From Candidatus Latescibacterota bacterium (GTDB lineage: Bacteria > Latescibacterota > UBA2968 > UBA8231): a DNA stretch of 64,000 nt. A program made the translations under genes and the position numbers. The stretch is from NCBI GenBank assembly GCA_965215195.1, contig CBDCDC010000001.1, forward strand, positions 64,001 to 128,000. The letters are read 5' to 3'. Shown in pieces: positions 36,216 through 47,345 of this stretch (its first letter is position 1; every line of letters starts with the position of its first letter). The notes beneath the pieces are model-generated. The model was not told where the DNA came from. It worked only from the letters and a program-made list of their open reading frames with translations, and searched no databases.

Positions 36216-37490
36216 ATGCCGCCTGTCAATAGAACGCAGAAAATGAATATCGTCGAACTCCAGCGCATGAACATCTTGGATCTCCAAAAGCTGGCCAAGA
36301 AATTGGAAGTTGTAGATTGCACCTCTTTGCGCAAGCAGGAGCTGATCTTCGCCATCCTCAAGCACCAGACCGAGCGCAGTGGGCTGATCTTTGCCCAAGG
36401 CACTTTGGAGGTGCTGGAAGAGGGATTCGGCTTTCTCCGCTCGCCGAGCTATAACTACTTGCCTGGCCCCGACGACATTTACGTTTCCCACTCGCAGATT
36501 AAGCGATTTAGCCTGCGCACGGGAGACACGATCTCCGGTCAGATCCGCCCGCCGAAAAACGACGAGAAGTACTTTGCGCTGCTGCGAGTTGAGGCGATCA
36601 ACTTCGACGATCCAGAAGTCACCAAGAACAAGACGATCTTCGAGAACCTGACGGCCTTGCATCCCACGGATCGCTTTAAGTTAGAACACAATCCCAAGGA
36701 TATGACGACGCGGATTCTCGACTTGCTCTCGCCCATTGGCAAGGGGCAGCGCGGCCTAATCGTAGCGCCGCCCTTCACCGGCAAAACCATGCTTCTGCAA
36801 AAGGTCGCCAACGCCATTACCACCAACCATCCCGAGGCGATTCTCATCGTCTTGCTCATCGACGAGCGCCCCGAGGAAGTCACCGATATGCTGCGTTCGG
36901 TCCAAGGCGAAGTCGTCAGTTCGACCTTTGACGAGTCGGCTACGCGGCACGTGCAGGTGGCGGATATGGTGATCGAGAAGGCTCGGCGCCTAGTTGAGCA
37001 CAAGCGGGATGTGGTCATCCTACTCGACAGCATCACGCGCTTGGCGCGGGCCTACAACACGGTGACGCCGCACTCGGGCCGGATCCTCACTGGCGGCGTT
37101 GACTCGACGGCTTTGCAGTGGCCGCGCCGCTTTTTCGCCGCCGCCCGCAATCTCGAAGAAGGCGGTAGCCTGACGATTATCGCCACGGCCTTGGTCGAGA
37201 CCGGGAGCCGCATGGACGAAGTGATCTTTGAAGAGTTCAAAGGCACGGGCAATATGCAGGTGCAGCTAGACCGCCGGCTGAGCAACCGCCGCGTCTATCC
37301 AGCCGTTGACGTGACAGCGACGAGCACCCGCAAAGAAGAGCTGCTGCTCACGGAGTTTGAATTGAACCGCTCGTGGGTACTGCGCCGCATACTCAATCAG
37401 ATGGGAGTCATTGAGGGCATGGAGTTCCTCCAAGAGCGCATGCAGGGCACGGAATCCAACGAGGAATTTCTCAAGGCCATGAACGACTAG
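36216..37490 (+). CDS. rho: Transcription termination factor Rho
   Basis: [40 protein letters not shown] and [10 protein letters not shown]. Start could be 36243. Confidence 0.98.
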   Translation: MPPVNRTQKMNIVELQRMNILDLQKLAKKLEVVDCTSLRKQELIFAILKHQTERSGLIFAQGTLEVLEEGFGFLRSPSYNYLPGPDDIYVSHSQIKRFSLRTGDTISGQIRPPKNDEKYFALLRVEAINFDDPEVTKNKTIFENLTALHPTDRFKLEHNPKDMTTRILDLLSPIGKGQRGLIVAPPFTGKTMLLQKVANAITTNHPEAILIVLLIDERPEEVTDMLRSVQGEVVSSTFDESATRHVQVADMVIEKARRLVEHKRDVVILLDSITRLARAYNTVTPHSGRILTGGVDSTALQWPRRFFAAARNLEEGGSLTIIATALVETGSRMDEVIFEEFKGTGNMQVQLDRRLSNRRVYPAVDVTATSTRKEELLLTEFELNRSWVLRRILNQMGVIEGMEFLQERMQGTESNEEFLKAMND

Positions 37491-37574
37491 TCGCCTTGTT
37501 TTTTGAGCGTTAAGCCTCTATTCTTATTGACTCGGTAGCCGAGTTTCACCGCCAAGAAAACAGAGGAGTGCAAA

Positions 37575-37832
37575 GTGCAAAAAGACATGCATCCCCCGTA
37601 CCAAACGGTTATCTTTCTCGACACTAGCTGCGACTACAAGATACTGTCGCGTTCGACGACGAAGTCCGAAGAGACGATGGAGTGGGAAGACGGGAATTCC
37701 TATCCGGTGATCCGGGTCGAAATCAGTTCGGCTTCGCATCCTTTCTACACGGGCAAGCGCCAGCAGATCATGGATCGCGGCGGGCGCATCGACCAGTTCA
37801 ATCGTCGCTACGGCACAAGCGCACAAGCCTAG
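37575..37832 (+). CDS. rpmE2: 50S ribosomal protein L31, type B (zinc-free)
   Basis: MQKDMHPPY...[26 protein letters not shown]. No CxC/CxxC zinc ligands. Confidence 0.92.
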   Translation: MQKDMHPPYQTVIFLDTSCDYKILSRSTTKSEETMEWEDGNSYPVIRVEISSASHPFYTGKRQQIMDRGGRIDQFNRRYGTSAQA

Positions 37833-37909
37833 CGATCCATTTCGTGCGATGAGGTGATAGGACGCCCTCCCGAGGGTGCTCGTATCGCCTTTTTCGTGTA
37901 CGCGAGTCC

Positions 37910-38830
37910 ATGGATAGGGAACAACTCACGCAAGATCTGCCAGTCGGCGGCCAAGCCGTCATCGAAGGGGTGATGATGCGCGTGCCCGGCAAAATCGTCA
38001 CTGCGGTGCGGGCGGCTGACCACCAGATCGTGGTGCGCGAGGAAGCGTACGATGCCCTAGCGCAGCGCTATCGCCTGTTGGGTCTGCCCGTATTGCGCGG
38101 TGCCCTTTCTTTTTTTGAAATGATGCTTATCGGTCTGAGAGCCCTCAATTTCTCAGCCGATGTCGCCAGACAGGAAGAAGGGCAGCTCGAGCGGCGGGAG
38201 CAATTGGCCTTGTGGGCGACGATGATCTTTTTCATGGGGCTGGGCGTGGGCCTGTTTTTCTTTTTGCCGCTGCTAGCTGCCCAGCTCTTCGGCTTGCAGG
38301 AGAACGTCCTCGAATTCAACCTAGTGGCCGGTGCGGTGCGGGCGACGCTTTTGATTCTCTATCTTTGGGCGATAAGCCAGTGGCGCGAAATCCAGCGGGT
38401 TTTTCAATACCACGGTGCCGAGCACAAAAGCATCTTCACCTTAGAAGCCGGTGCCGAGCTGACGGTGGCAGTGGCGCGGGGCTTTGGTCGGCTGCATCCG
38501 CGCTGCGGAACTAGCTTCATGCTAATCGTAGTGCTATTTGCGATCCTGATTTTCGCCTGCGTGGATTCGCTTTTCCCGCTCGTCTTTGGGCACACGCAGA
38601 GCCTTTTTGAGCGCTTTGCCACCCATTTTGCAGTGCTGCCCTTTGTCGCGGGGACGAGCTTTGAGTTGCTCAAGTTCTCGGGCAAAAAGCGCAATGCCCC
38701 GCTGGTCCGGTTGCTGAGTGCCCCGGGGCTGTGGTTGCAGTGCATTACGACCCGCGAGCCGGACGACGACCAGTTAGAGGTCGCCTTGTTCGCGCTGCGC
38801 CGCGCCCTAAATGAAGAAGTTCACGCCTAA
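37910..38830 (+). CDS. DUF1385 (YqhQ-like) membrane protein
   Basis: GGQAVIEGVMMR, FQYHGAEHKSI, HPRCGTSF and LQCITTREPDDDQLEVA. Confidence 0.9.
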   Translation: MDREQLTQDLPVGGQAVIEGVMMRVPGKIVTAVRAADHQIVVREEAYDALAQRYRLLGLPVLRGALSFFEMMLIGLRALNFSADVARQEEGQLERREQLALWATMIFFMGLGVGLFFFLPLLAAQLFGLQENVLEFNLVAGAVRATLLILYLWAISQWREIQRVFQYHGAEHKSIFTLEAGAELTVAVARGFGRLHPRCGTSFMLIVVLFAILIFACVDSLFPLVFGHTQSLFERFATHFAVLPFVAGTSFELLKFSGKKRNAPLVRLLSAPGLWLQCITTREPDDDQLEVALFALRRALNEEVHA

Positions 38831-38859
38831 AGGCGCGGTGAAAGCGAGGCCAACTTATC

Positions 38860-39927
38860 GTGTTAGATAAATTGAACGGATACGAGCAGCGCTACGAGGA
38901 GCTAAGTGCGCTGATGGCCGATCTGGCCATTAGCCAAAACCCGGCTCAGTACCAGAAGCTGGCGCGGGAGATGGGCGACTTGCAGGAAGTGGTGGATTTA
39001 GCGAGCCAGTACCGCGCAGCACTCGCACAGCTCGCAGAGGCCGAGGAGATCATCGCCGATGGCAGTGATGCAGAGCTAGTCGAATTGGCCGCAGCCGAAC
39101 GCGACCAACTGAAAGGAAAAGTGGCGCAGCTAGAAGAAATACTCAAAGTGCTGCTGATTCCCAAAGACCCCAACGACGGTCGCAACGCCATCGTCGAGAT
39201 CCGCGCCGGCACCGGCGGCGACGAAGCCGGGCTTTTCGCCAGCGATCTATATCGCATGTACCACCGCTTCGCCGAGCGCAAGGGCTTGAAAACCGAGGAG
39301 CTTTCCTCCAGTCAGAATCCGGCCGGTGGCTTTAAGGAAGTGGTGTTCGTGGTTTCGGGCGCGGACGCCTTCGGCCAGCTCAAGTTCGAGAGCGGGGTAC
39401 ACCGCGTACAGCGGGTTCCCAAAACCGAGGCTTCGGGCCGGATTCACACGTCGGCGGCTTCGGTGGCGGTCTTGCCCGAAGCCGAGGAGGTTGAGGTGGA
39501 GATCGCCCCCGAGGATTTGAAAATCGAAGTGTACCGCTCCAGCGGGCCTGGCGGCCAGAGCGTCAACACCACGGATTCGGCCGTGAAAATCACCCATGTT
39601 CCAACGGGTATTGTCGTCTCCTGTCAAGACGAGAAGTCGCAACTCAAGAACAAGACCAAGGCATTGAAGGTCCTTCGCGCCCGGCTCTACGACAAATTGC
39701 AGGCCGAGCAAAAGGCCGAGCGCGACGCCGCCCGCGCCGGCCAGATCGGCTCTGGCGATCGCAGCGCGAAAATCCGCACCTACAACTTCCCGCAGGGCCG
39801 GGTCACTGACCATCGCATTGGCTTGTCCCTCTATCGCTTAGAGGAAATCCTCGATGGCGATTTTGAAAAATTCGTCGAGCAATTAGCGCTCGCATCTCAG
39901 CAGGACGCGCTAGCGGCAGGCCTATGA
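38860..39927 (+). CDS. prfA: Peptide chain release factor 1
   Basis: [14 protein letters not shown] motif (QRVPKTE) and GGQ ([15 protein letters not shown]). Confidence 0.97.
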   Translation: MLDKLNGYEQRYEELSALMADLAISQNPAQYQKLAREMGDLQEVVDLASQYRAALAQLAEAEEIIADGSDAELVELAAAERDQLKGKVAQLEEILKVLLIPKDPNDGRNAIVEIRAGTGGDEAGLFASDLYRMYHRFAERKGLKTEELSSSQNPAGGFKEVVFVVSGADAFGQLKFESGVHRVQRVPKTEASGRIHTSAASVAVLPEAEEVEVEIAPEDLKIEVYRSSGPGGQSVNTTDSAVKITHVPTGIVVSCQDEKSQLKNKTKALKVLRARLYDKLQAEQKAERDAARAGQIGSGDRSAKIRTYNFPQGRVTDHRIGLSLYRLEEILDGDFEKFVEQLALASQQDALAAGL

Positions 39928-40796
39928 GCGGGTGCTCTTGGCGGCTACTCGATATCCTCGAAAACGCGAGCTGTTTCTTCGCGTCAAAGGGGTTGGAAAA
40001 CGCCCGCCTACAAGCAGAGCTCCTACTCGCTGCCGTGCTCGGTGTCAAACGCCTCGATCTCTACCTGCAATTTGAACGTCCCTTGCACCGCAGCGAAGTG
40101 GATCGCTATCGGGAATACGTGCGGCAGCGGTTGCGGCGCGTGCCCGTGCAGTACATCACGGGCGTGGCCGCCTTTCGCCATCTAGAGCTGGCCGTGACGC
40201 CCGCGGTGTTGATCCCGCGCCCCGAGACCGAAGTGCTCGTCGATGTGGCCTTGGAGTTTTTGCCCGAAGGCGGTCGGGTCCTCGACCTGTGTTGCGGCGC
40301 AGGCGCGGTCGCCCTGTCGCTGGCCCGAGAGGCGTCAGCGGCCGAGGTGGTGGCAGCCGATGTATCGGCCGCTGCTTTAGACGTGGCGAAGGCCAACGGC
40401 CAACGCTGCGGGCTAGCCGGGCGCGTTGAGTGGCACTGCGGCGATCTTTTTGCGCCCTTCCGCAGCACCGAGCCTTTTGACCTCGTCGCGGCCAACCCGC
40501 CGTACGTGCGCCACAGCGACTTGGCGCAACTAGCGCCGGAAGTTCGCGACTACGAACCGCATCTCGCCCTAGACGGGGGCGAGGACGGCTTGGCGTACTT
40601 CTGCCGCATCGCGCAGGCGGCGGCCGACTTTATTCGCCCCGGAGGCTATCTGCTGCTAGAGGTAGGAGACGGCCAAAGCGCGGCCGTGGTGGACTTACTT
40701 GCGCGGTCTGAACGCTTGACTGAGGTTCAGATAAGACTGGACTTAAACCAAATCCCCCGCGTCGTTGTCGTGCGCACGGCTGCTCAGGCGAGTTGA
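39924..40796 (+). CDS. prmC: Release factor glutamine methyltransferase
   Basis: VLIPRPETE, LDLCCGAG, ANPPY and ALDGGEDGL; directly after prfA. Confidence 0.95.
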   Translation: MSGCSWRLLDILENASCFFASKGLENARLQAELLLAAVLGVKRLDLYLQFERPLHRSEVDRYREYVRQRLRRVPVQYITGVAAFRHLELAVTPAVLIPRPETEVLVDVALEFLPEGGRVLDLCCGAGAVALSLAREASAAEVVAADVSAAALDVAKANGQRCGLAGRVEWHCGDLFAPFRSTEPFDLVAANPPYVRHSDLAQLAPEVRDYEPHLALDGGEDGLAYFCRIAQAAADFIRPGGYLLLEVGDGQSAAVVDLLARSERLTEVQIRLDLNQIPRVVVVRTAAQAS

Positions 40797-40799
40797 AGC

Positions 40800-42173
40800 A
40801 TGGCCAAAAAGAACCGTTCCGCTTACATCTGCCAGTCCTGCGGCCACAGTGCCGCGCGCTGGTTTGGGCGCTGTGTGGCCTGCGGCGAGTGGAACACCTG
40901 CGTCGAAGAGCGGCCCCAAGCACCCGACAGTCGGCGCGAACACCTAGCGGTATCGCCCCGCTCCCAATTGCAGCCCATTACCCAAGTCGATGACCAAGAC
41001 CACGAGCGGCTGCAAATCGGCATCTCCGAGTTCGATCGGGTCTTGGGCGGCGGCATCATGCCCGGTTCGGTCGTCTTAGTCGGCGGCGATCCCGGCATTG
41101 GCAAATCGACGCTCCTGTTGCAGATGGCCGGACAGCTAGCGGCCTCTGATTTTCGCATCGCATACATTTCCGCCGAGGAATCGGCCGCGCAGATCCGCCT
41201 GCGCGCCGGGCGCTTGGGGGCGTTGTGCGAAAGCCTGCACGTGATGGCCGAGACCAGCCTCGCGGCCATTCTCGACCAGTTGCAATCCGCCGGGCCGCTG
41301 GCCATCGTCATCGACTCGATCCAGACCATTTACATGCCCGAGTTGGAGAGTGCGCCCGGCAGCGTAACCCAAGTGCGCGAATGCGCGGCGCGGCTCGTCT
41401 ATTTGGCCAAAGAAAGCGGCATTCCCACGTTTTTGGTGGGGCACGTGACGAAAGAGGGCACGGTCGCCGGGCCGCGAGTGCTGGAGCACTTGGTCGATAC
41501 CGTGCTCTATTTAGAGGGCGAGCGCCACCATCACTTCCGCATCCTCCGCGCTGCCAAAAATCGCTTTGGTTCAACCAATGAGATCGGGATTTTTGAGATG
41601 CGGGACCAAGGGCTAATCGAGGTCGCCAACCCCTCCAAAATTCTGCTGGCCGAGCGCGCCGAGGGCGTGTCGGGTTCGGCCATCGTCTGTAGCATAGAGG
41701 GCACTCGGCCGCTCTTGATCGAAATTCAGGCCCTCGTCTCGCGCTCTAGTTTTGGCTATCCGCAGCGGGTTGCCACCGGCATCGACGCCAAGCGGCTCTC
41801 GATTATTATCGCGGTGCTCGAAAAGCGCTGCGGCCACGACCTGTCGAGCGAGGACATTTTCGTCAATGTCGTAGGGGGCATTCGCCTCGACGAGCCGGCC
41901 GTGGATATGGGAGTGGGGCTGGCGGTTGTCTCTAGCTTCCGCAACAAGCCCATTGACGCGCAGACCGTGGCGATTGGCGAGATCGGGTTGGGGGGGGAGA
42001 TCCGGCCGGTGAACCAGATTGACCGGAGGGTGGCCGAGGCGCGGAGCTTGGGGTTTGAGCAGTGTTTGGTGGCGCGGAGCAACCTACAGGGGTGGAAGCG
42101 ACCGGCGGGGATGGAAGTGGTCGGGGTGGGGGGGATGGAGGCAGCCGAAGCGCTCGCACTTGGCTCAAGCTAG
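40800..42173 (+). CDS. radA: DNA repair protein RadA/Sms
   Basis: CxxC...CxxC zinc finger, GDPGIGKST and KNRFG motif. Confidence 0.97.
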   Translation: MAKKNRSAYICQSCGHSAARWFGRCVACGEWNTCVEERPQAPDSRREHLAVSPRSQLQPITQVDDQDHERLQIGISEFDRVLGGGIMPGSVVLVGGDPGIGKSTLLLQMAGQLAASDFRIAYISAEESAAQIRLRAGRLGALCESLHVMAETSLAAILDQLQSAGPLAIVIDSIQTIYMPELESAPGSVTQVRECAARLVYLAKESGIPTFLVGHVTKEGTVAGPRVLEHLVDTVLYLEGERHHHFRILRAAKNRFGSTNEIGIFEMRDQGLIEVANPSKILLAERAEGVSGSAIVCSIEGTRPLLIEIQALVSRSSFGYPQRVATGIDAKRLSIIIAVLEKRCGHDLSSEDIFVNVVGGIRLDEPAVDMGVGLAVVSSFRNKPIDAQTVAIGEIGLGGEIRPVNQIDRRVAEARSLGFEQCLVARSNLQGWKRPAGMEVVGVGGMEAAEALALGSS

Positions 42174-42345
42174 CCCCTTTTCTTCACAGAGCTGTTTCTC
42201 GCAGTTCCCAATTTTTGCTTTTCGCAGCATCCTTCTCCTTTTTCTAACATATTATTAAACAATAAATTGCGCGTATTTTTGCCGCTTGGCACGGCATTTG
42301 TTATAAACGGCTAGAGTAGCTTAATCCGCTTCAATTAAAAAATGC

Positions 42346-42385
42346 TTGACACCTGAACATTACTTCACTATCTTTTTGTTCAGGT
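42346..42385 (+). promoter_or_regulatory. recA sigma70 promoter with an overlapping 9-bp inverted repeat (candidate operator)
   Basis: TTGACA (42346-51)-N17-TATCTT (42369-74). ACCTGAACA (42351-59) and TGTTCAGGT (42377-85) form the inverted repeat. Confidence 0.6.
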
Positions 42386-42428
42386 TGGCGGTGTGCTACC
42401 CATTCATAGAATACGCGAGGAGGAAATC

Positions 42429-43544
<1,116 letters not shown>

Positions 43545-43656
43545 CCTCTGCGCACTCGCGGGTCGAGGTGCCAAGGCCGCTGGGAACCCCACGCCAAGGC
43601 GGCCGCAGCACCTCGCACCCGCGCGCACTCCTTAACTCCCCCAAGGAGGTGAAATC

Positions 43657-43908
43657 ATGCAGACTGCCAGACTAAACCCCCTGCAAGCGCGCATTGACCA
43701 CGCCCGCTCTTGGGCCGACTTGGAGCTGCTGTGCGAGCACATCGACGCTGCCTATCAGTGCGGCGAGCTCGATCTGTCCAGTGCCGACGAGCTAAGTGCC
43801 TTGGTTGCGGCTGCCGCCCTGAAGGTGCCCGAGCAGCCCAGCATCCCCGCCGAAGTGCTCTTAGGTCGGGAGCGGGAAATGTCGCACAACACCCGCCAAG
43901 CCGCCTGA
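43657..43908 (+). CDS. Small hypothetical protein (83 aa)
   Basis: Strong AAGGAGGTG RBS and a helical-looking sequence. No family recognised. Confidence 0.6.
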   Translation: MQTARLNPLQARIDHARSWADLELLCEHIDAAYQCGELDLSSADELSALVAAAALKVPEQPSIPAEVLLGREREMSHNTRQAA

Positions 43909-44017
43909 CCAAGCCGCGACACAGCCCGCCTTTAGGGTGGGCCAACATGGGCACTGGAGTAAAAAACTCCGGTGCCTTTTGTTTGCAAAAAACAGCCCAT
44001 GCCGTATAATCAAAGGC

Positions 44018-44605
44018 ATGCCCCGCAGTCCGTTGGAAACCCCCGCCTTAAGAGTGCTAATCGAGCGCCAGCAAGTACAGCAGCGCATCGGCGAGTTGGC
44101 CCAGATGCTAGCCGCCGACTACGCTGGGTCCGCCCCCTTATTTATCGGCCTCCTCAACGGGTCAGTGCCGTTTATGATGGCCCTCGTGAACCGCCTGCCC
44201 GAGGAGCTGTCGGCGCGGTTGGACTACGATTTTATCGGCGTTTCGAGCTATCGGGGCACGGAGAATACCGGGCAGGTCGAGCTGACCAAAGACCTCGTCG
44301 TCGCCGTGGCCGGCCGGGACGTGCTCGTCGTCGATGGCATCGTCGATACGGGCCGATCGCTAAATTTTGTGATGGCCATGATAGCGTCGCGGCAACCCCT
44401 TTCGCTCAGAGCATGTACGCTGCTGGACAAACGCGCTCGCCGAGAGTTTCCAGTGCCGATAGATTACTGTGGTTTTGAAATTGAAGACACGTTCGTCGTT
44501 GGCTACGGCATGGATTGCAACCAGCGCTACCGCGCCCTGCGCTACATCGCCGCCATCGAATACGCCAGAGGAGAATCGGATCAATGGCCCCCAAGAAAGT
44601 CTTAA
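44018..44605 (+). CDS. hpt: Hypoxanthine phosphoribosyltransferase-like protein
   Basis: VSSYRG, PRPP loop VLVVDGIVDTGRSL, LLDK and FVVGYGMD. TATAAT lies 7 nt upstream of the ATG. Confidence 0.85.
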   Translation: MPRSPLETPALRVLIERQQVQQRIGELAQMLAADYAGSAPLFIGLLNGSVPFMMALVNRLPEELSARLDYDFIGVSSYRGTENTGQVELTKDLVVAVAGRDVLVVDGIVDTGRSLNFVMAMIASRQPLSLRACTLLDKRARREFPVPIDYCGFEIEDTFVVGYGMDCNQRYRALRYIAAIEYARGESDQWPPRKS

Positions 44606-45402
44606 TTACCGGCGTTTGCGGATTGATCGCCGGGACTGTGTATCGGCATCTGCACACCCAACCCGACGGCTATGACCTCTATGGCCTAGCACGGCGCCCC
44701 CAGCTTTCGGAGCGGGTGCCCAAAGACGCAGAGTTGGGAATTCCCGAAGAGAAATTCACCCTCGCAGACCTGACCGACTACAACGCGCTAGCAAAGGCTG
44801 TCGAGGGTATGGACGTGGTCGTGCAACTGGCAGCCGACCCGCGGCCAGACGCTAGTTGGGAGAGCCTGCTCGGCAGCAATATCGTCGGGCCGCGCAATGT
44901 GCTGGAGGCCGCGCGCCGCGCTGGCGTCAGGCGCGTGGTCTTCGCCAGTTCGATCATGGTGTCTTGGGGCTACCAGCAGGAGGACCCGTACAAGGCAATC
45001 TCCGAAGGGCGCTTTGACGCAGTCGATGCCGGTCAGGTACAGATCGTGACCCACGAGTGGCCGCATCGGCCGACTGGCCTCTATCCGGCGACCAAAATTT
45101 GGGGCGAGGCCCTAGCGCGATACTACGCCGACGTTCACAATATGTCGGTGCCCTGTCTGCGCATCGGCTGGGTCAATGCCGAGGACCACCCGCGCGACGA
45201 GCGGGGCGGGGCCATCTGGTGCAGCCAGCGCGACGTGGTGCAGCTCGTGCAGCGCGCCATCGAAGCGCCCGCGGACTTGCGCTTTGATATTTTTTACGGC
45301 GTGTCCAACAACCGCTGGCGCTGGGTCGATATCGACCATCCGCGCGAGGTCTTGGGCTATATCCCGGCAGACAGCGCCGAAGAGAAGCTGGGGCTGGCCT
45401 GA
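44584..45402 (+). CDS. NAD-dependent epimerase/dehydratase (uronate dehydrogenase-like SDR)
   Basis: VLITGVCGLIA, RRVVFASS, YPATK (YxxxK) and CLRIG. Confidence 0.85.
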   Translation: MAPKKVLITGVCGLIAGTVYRHLHTQPDGYDLYGLARRPQLSERVPKDAELGIPEEKFTLADLTDYNALAKAVEGMDVVVQLAADPRPDASWESLLGSNIVGPRNVLEAARRAGVRRVVFASSIMVSWGYQQEDPYKAISEGRFDAVDAGQVQIVTHEWPHRPTGLYPATKIWGEALARYYADVHNMSVPCLRIGWVNAEDHPRDERGGAIWCSQRDVVQLVQRAIEAPADLRFDIFYGVSNNRWRWVDIDHPREVLGYIPADSAEEKLGLA

Positions 45403-45406
45403 GCCA

Positions 45407-45964
45407 ATGGGCCGCGCGCCTAAGACCAAAACGGACCTATTGTCCGTCAAGCTGTTCTTTGTCGTCCTAGGGGCCATTGTCGCCTACAATGTCGTCGATT
45501 GGGTGCGCGGTGCGCCGGAATGGGAGGAGCGGACCTATGAGCCGGGGGCCTTTGCAGTGCAGATGGCCGGCCGGCCCAATCTGCGCAAGCTGCGCGAGCA
45601 GTTGTCCTTTGGCGAGGTAGAGTTCCAATACCTGATGTTCGAGCGCGCCGACGTGCAATACGCCATTGCCTACGGAGACGTGCCCGAGGCCGTCCAAGCC
45701 GATAGCGCGATTGCCGCGCACCGAGATGCCATCTTGCAGAAGGTGACGGGGACGATCCTGTCGGAGGCCGCCGTTGAGATGGACGGATATCCCGCTTGGC
45801 AGACGCAGATACAAGCTGCGGACCAAAGCCTGTTGCGATTGCAGAGCCTACAGGTGGGCCAGCGGCTCTACAGCTTGATGGCGGTCGGAGCGCCCTATGC
45901 GTTTGACGATTCCTCGGATATCGAGCGATTTTTCGCATCCTTCAGACTCGTCAAGCCCCGATGA
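45407..45964 (+). CDS. Hypothetical membrane-anchored protein
   Basis: N-terminal TM helix and a soluble domain ending RFFASFRL; starts 4 nt after the upstream stop. Confidence 0.65.
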   Translation: MGRAPKTKTDLLSVKLFFVVLGAIVAYNVVDWVRGAPEWEERTYEPGAFAVQMAGRPNLRKLREQLSFGEVEFQYLMFERADVQYAIAYGDVPEAVQADSAIAAHRDAILQKVTGTILSEAAVEMDGYPAWQTQIQAADQSLLRLQSLQVGQRLYSLMAVGAPYAFDDSSDIERFFASFRLVKPR

Positions 45965-45967
45965 TAA

Positions 45968-46069
45968 GCCCCGTTCGAGCTGGTTGACAAAGGCGACTTG
46001 CAAGCGGCCGTGGATCTGCTGACCGCCTTTCTCGAAGAGGGTCATCGAGCCGACTTGACGCTCGTCTGA
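45968..46069 (+). pseudogene. Orphan 3' fragment resembling the C-terminus of an M42/M20 metallopeptidase
   Basis: APFELVDKGDLQAAVDLLTAFLEEGHRADLTLV* has no start codon and resembles the (H)sPxExvdxxDlxxavxLl tail. Confidence 0.45.
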
Positions 46070-46351
46070 ATAAGTGCGGAATGACGAAGACGCCGTGTGC
46101 AACTGTTGCAACTGCTATGTCCACACAACACGCATAGAGTGCTCAGGGCCGTATCAGCAGTAATACCTCGTTTCCCCAACACGATCTCGTTGATACCGAA
46201 ACCCTAGTTTTAAGAACGCCTCTAATGGCTTCGCCGTGCCCGAACCGCGCATGCGGTTGGGCGGAGGTGCCTTCAGGTGCCGGAGCGGGCATGGTCGTGT
46301 TAGGCGACGCTGTAAACGTTGGGCATCGGTAGCTTTGCTGCTCCGGGCACA

Positions 46352-47200
46352 TCAGAAGATCCTGTAAACTTCAGTCATACACCGATCAACAAGAGCTCTA
46401 TCTTGTACGTAGCCAAGGATTCCATAGAATCCATACGGGTACTTCACAACATGACCAAGGTTCCAGTCCCCTTTCTGCTCGACCCAGTATTGCTTCTGAA
46501 GTGGTTTTGCCTCCTTTCGTGAATGCTCCGCTCTTGGTATATCCGATTCCAGCGGCCCCAATCGAATTCGCCGAATAAATGCTTCAAACCCTGCTCTAGC
46601 AGCCTGAACAGTTTCTAGATATCCCATGCATTGCAGATCCAATAATGCCTTGGAATAGGTCAATAGATGGCCCGTCCATCCCTGTCCCCTGCCGTCAAAT
46701 CGTCTCCCGCATTCGAGGAATTCTTCCAGTACAAACTCCGCAAACGCTTGGCCATGTACTGGATCAGGTACTTCGACTGGGTCCGAATCGGGTACATCGG
46801 ATACGGTGAAACTCTCAATGAGCCTACAGATGCCCTCTACTCGAGACTCCGTGACTGCCCCTAGAACATCGTTAAAGGCCTTCAACGCCAGTGTTGGAAG
46901 GATGACGTTGTGTCCGGCCTGGCGCAAACCGTCCGTGTTTCGAGCCAGCGTGTCTAGTATTCTTTGCCTCAACCCGGGCTGCGCATCTTCATCTGGGAAA
47001 GGGGCGCACAGATCTGTATGCGTCCAGTGCTTGTCAATCAGTCGCCCCAACACCTGTGGAACTTCGTCCTCAACTGGGTTCTCTTTGCAGAGATAGATGG
47101 CTGAGATGATCGCACCGCCACGATGCCCGTCCTCAAAGTAATCGAGGGAATGAGCCCGGCTCACAGCATTCAATCCGAATAAGAGGTAGTTTGCGTTCAT
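46352..47200 (-). CDS. Hypothetical protein with four His motifs (paralog of 48136-49086)
   Basis: AAGGAG RBS, lower GC than the flanks, and motifs DGHRG, AGHNVI, TGHLL, LGHVVK. Confidence 0.75.
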   Translation of the reverse strand: MNANYLLFGLNAVSRAHSLDYFEDGHRGGAIISAIYLCKENPVEDEVPQVLGRLIDKHWTHTDLCAPFPDEDAQPGLRQRILDTLARNTDGLRQAGHNVILPTLALKAFNDVLGAVTESRVEGICRLIESFTVSDVPDSDPVEVPDPVHGQAFAEFVLEEFLECGRRFDGRGQGWTGHLLTYSKALLDLQCMGYLETVQAARAGFEAFIRRIRLGPLESDIPRAEHSRKEAKPLQKQYWVEQKGDWNLGHVVKYPYGFYGILGYVQDRALVDRCMTEVYRIF

Positions 47201-47249
47201 GCTATTGCTCCTTGCAAATGAGTTTGTTCTGCTCGCTACTCAAATTCGC

Positions 47250-47283
47250 AAAAAAAAAGGCCCTCCGAATCGCTCGGAGGACC
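47250..47283 (-). terminator. Intrinsic terminator downstream of the LuxR remnant
   Basis: Minus strand reads GGTCCTCCGA-GCGAT-TCGGAGGGCC followed by a T run. Confidence 0.75.
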
Positions 47284-47345
47284 AGTCTAAAGGTCTGCAA
47301 TTAGGCCAAGATATGGCCTGTCCCAAAGGACAGGGCGGCGCTAAT

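Noticed and set aside
42286-42302. Sigma54 promoter upstream of recA (TTGGCACGGCATTTGTT)
   Set aside because: The conserved -12 GC is GT, and a good sigma70 promoter lies just downstream.
43557-43623. SRP (4.5S) RNA
   Set aside because: It lacks the GNRA-capped domain IV with CAGG/AGCAG loops in the right geometry. Kept only as an unexplained hairpin.
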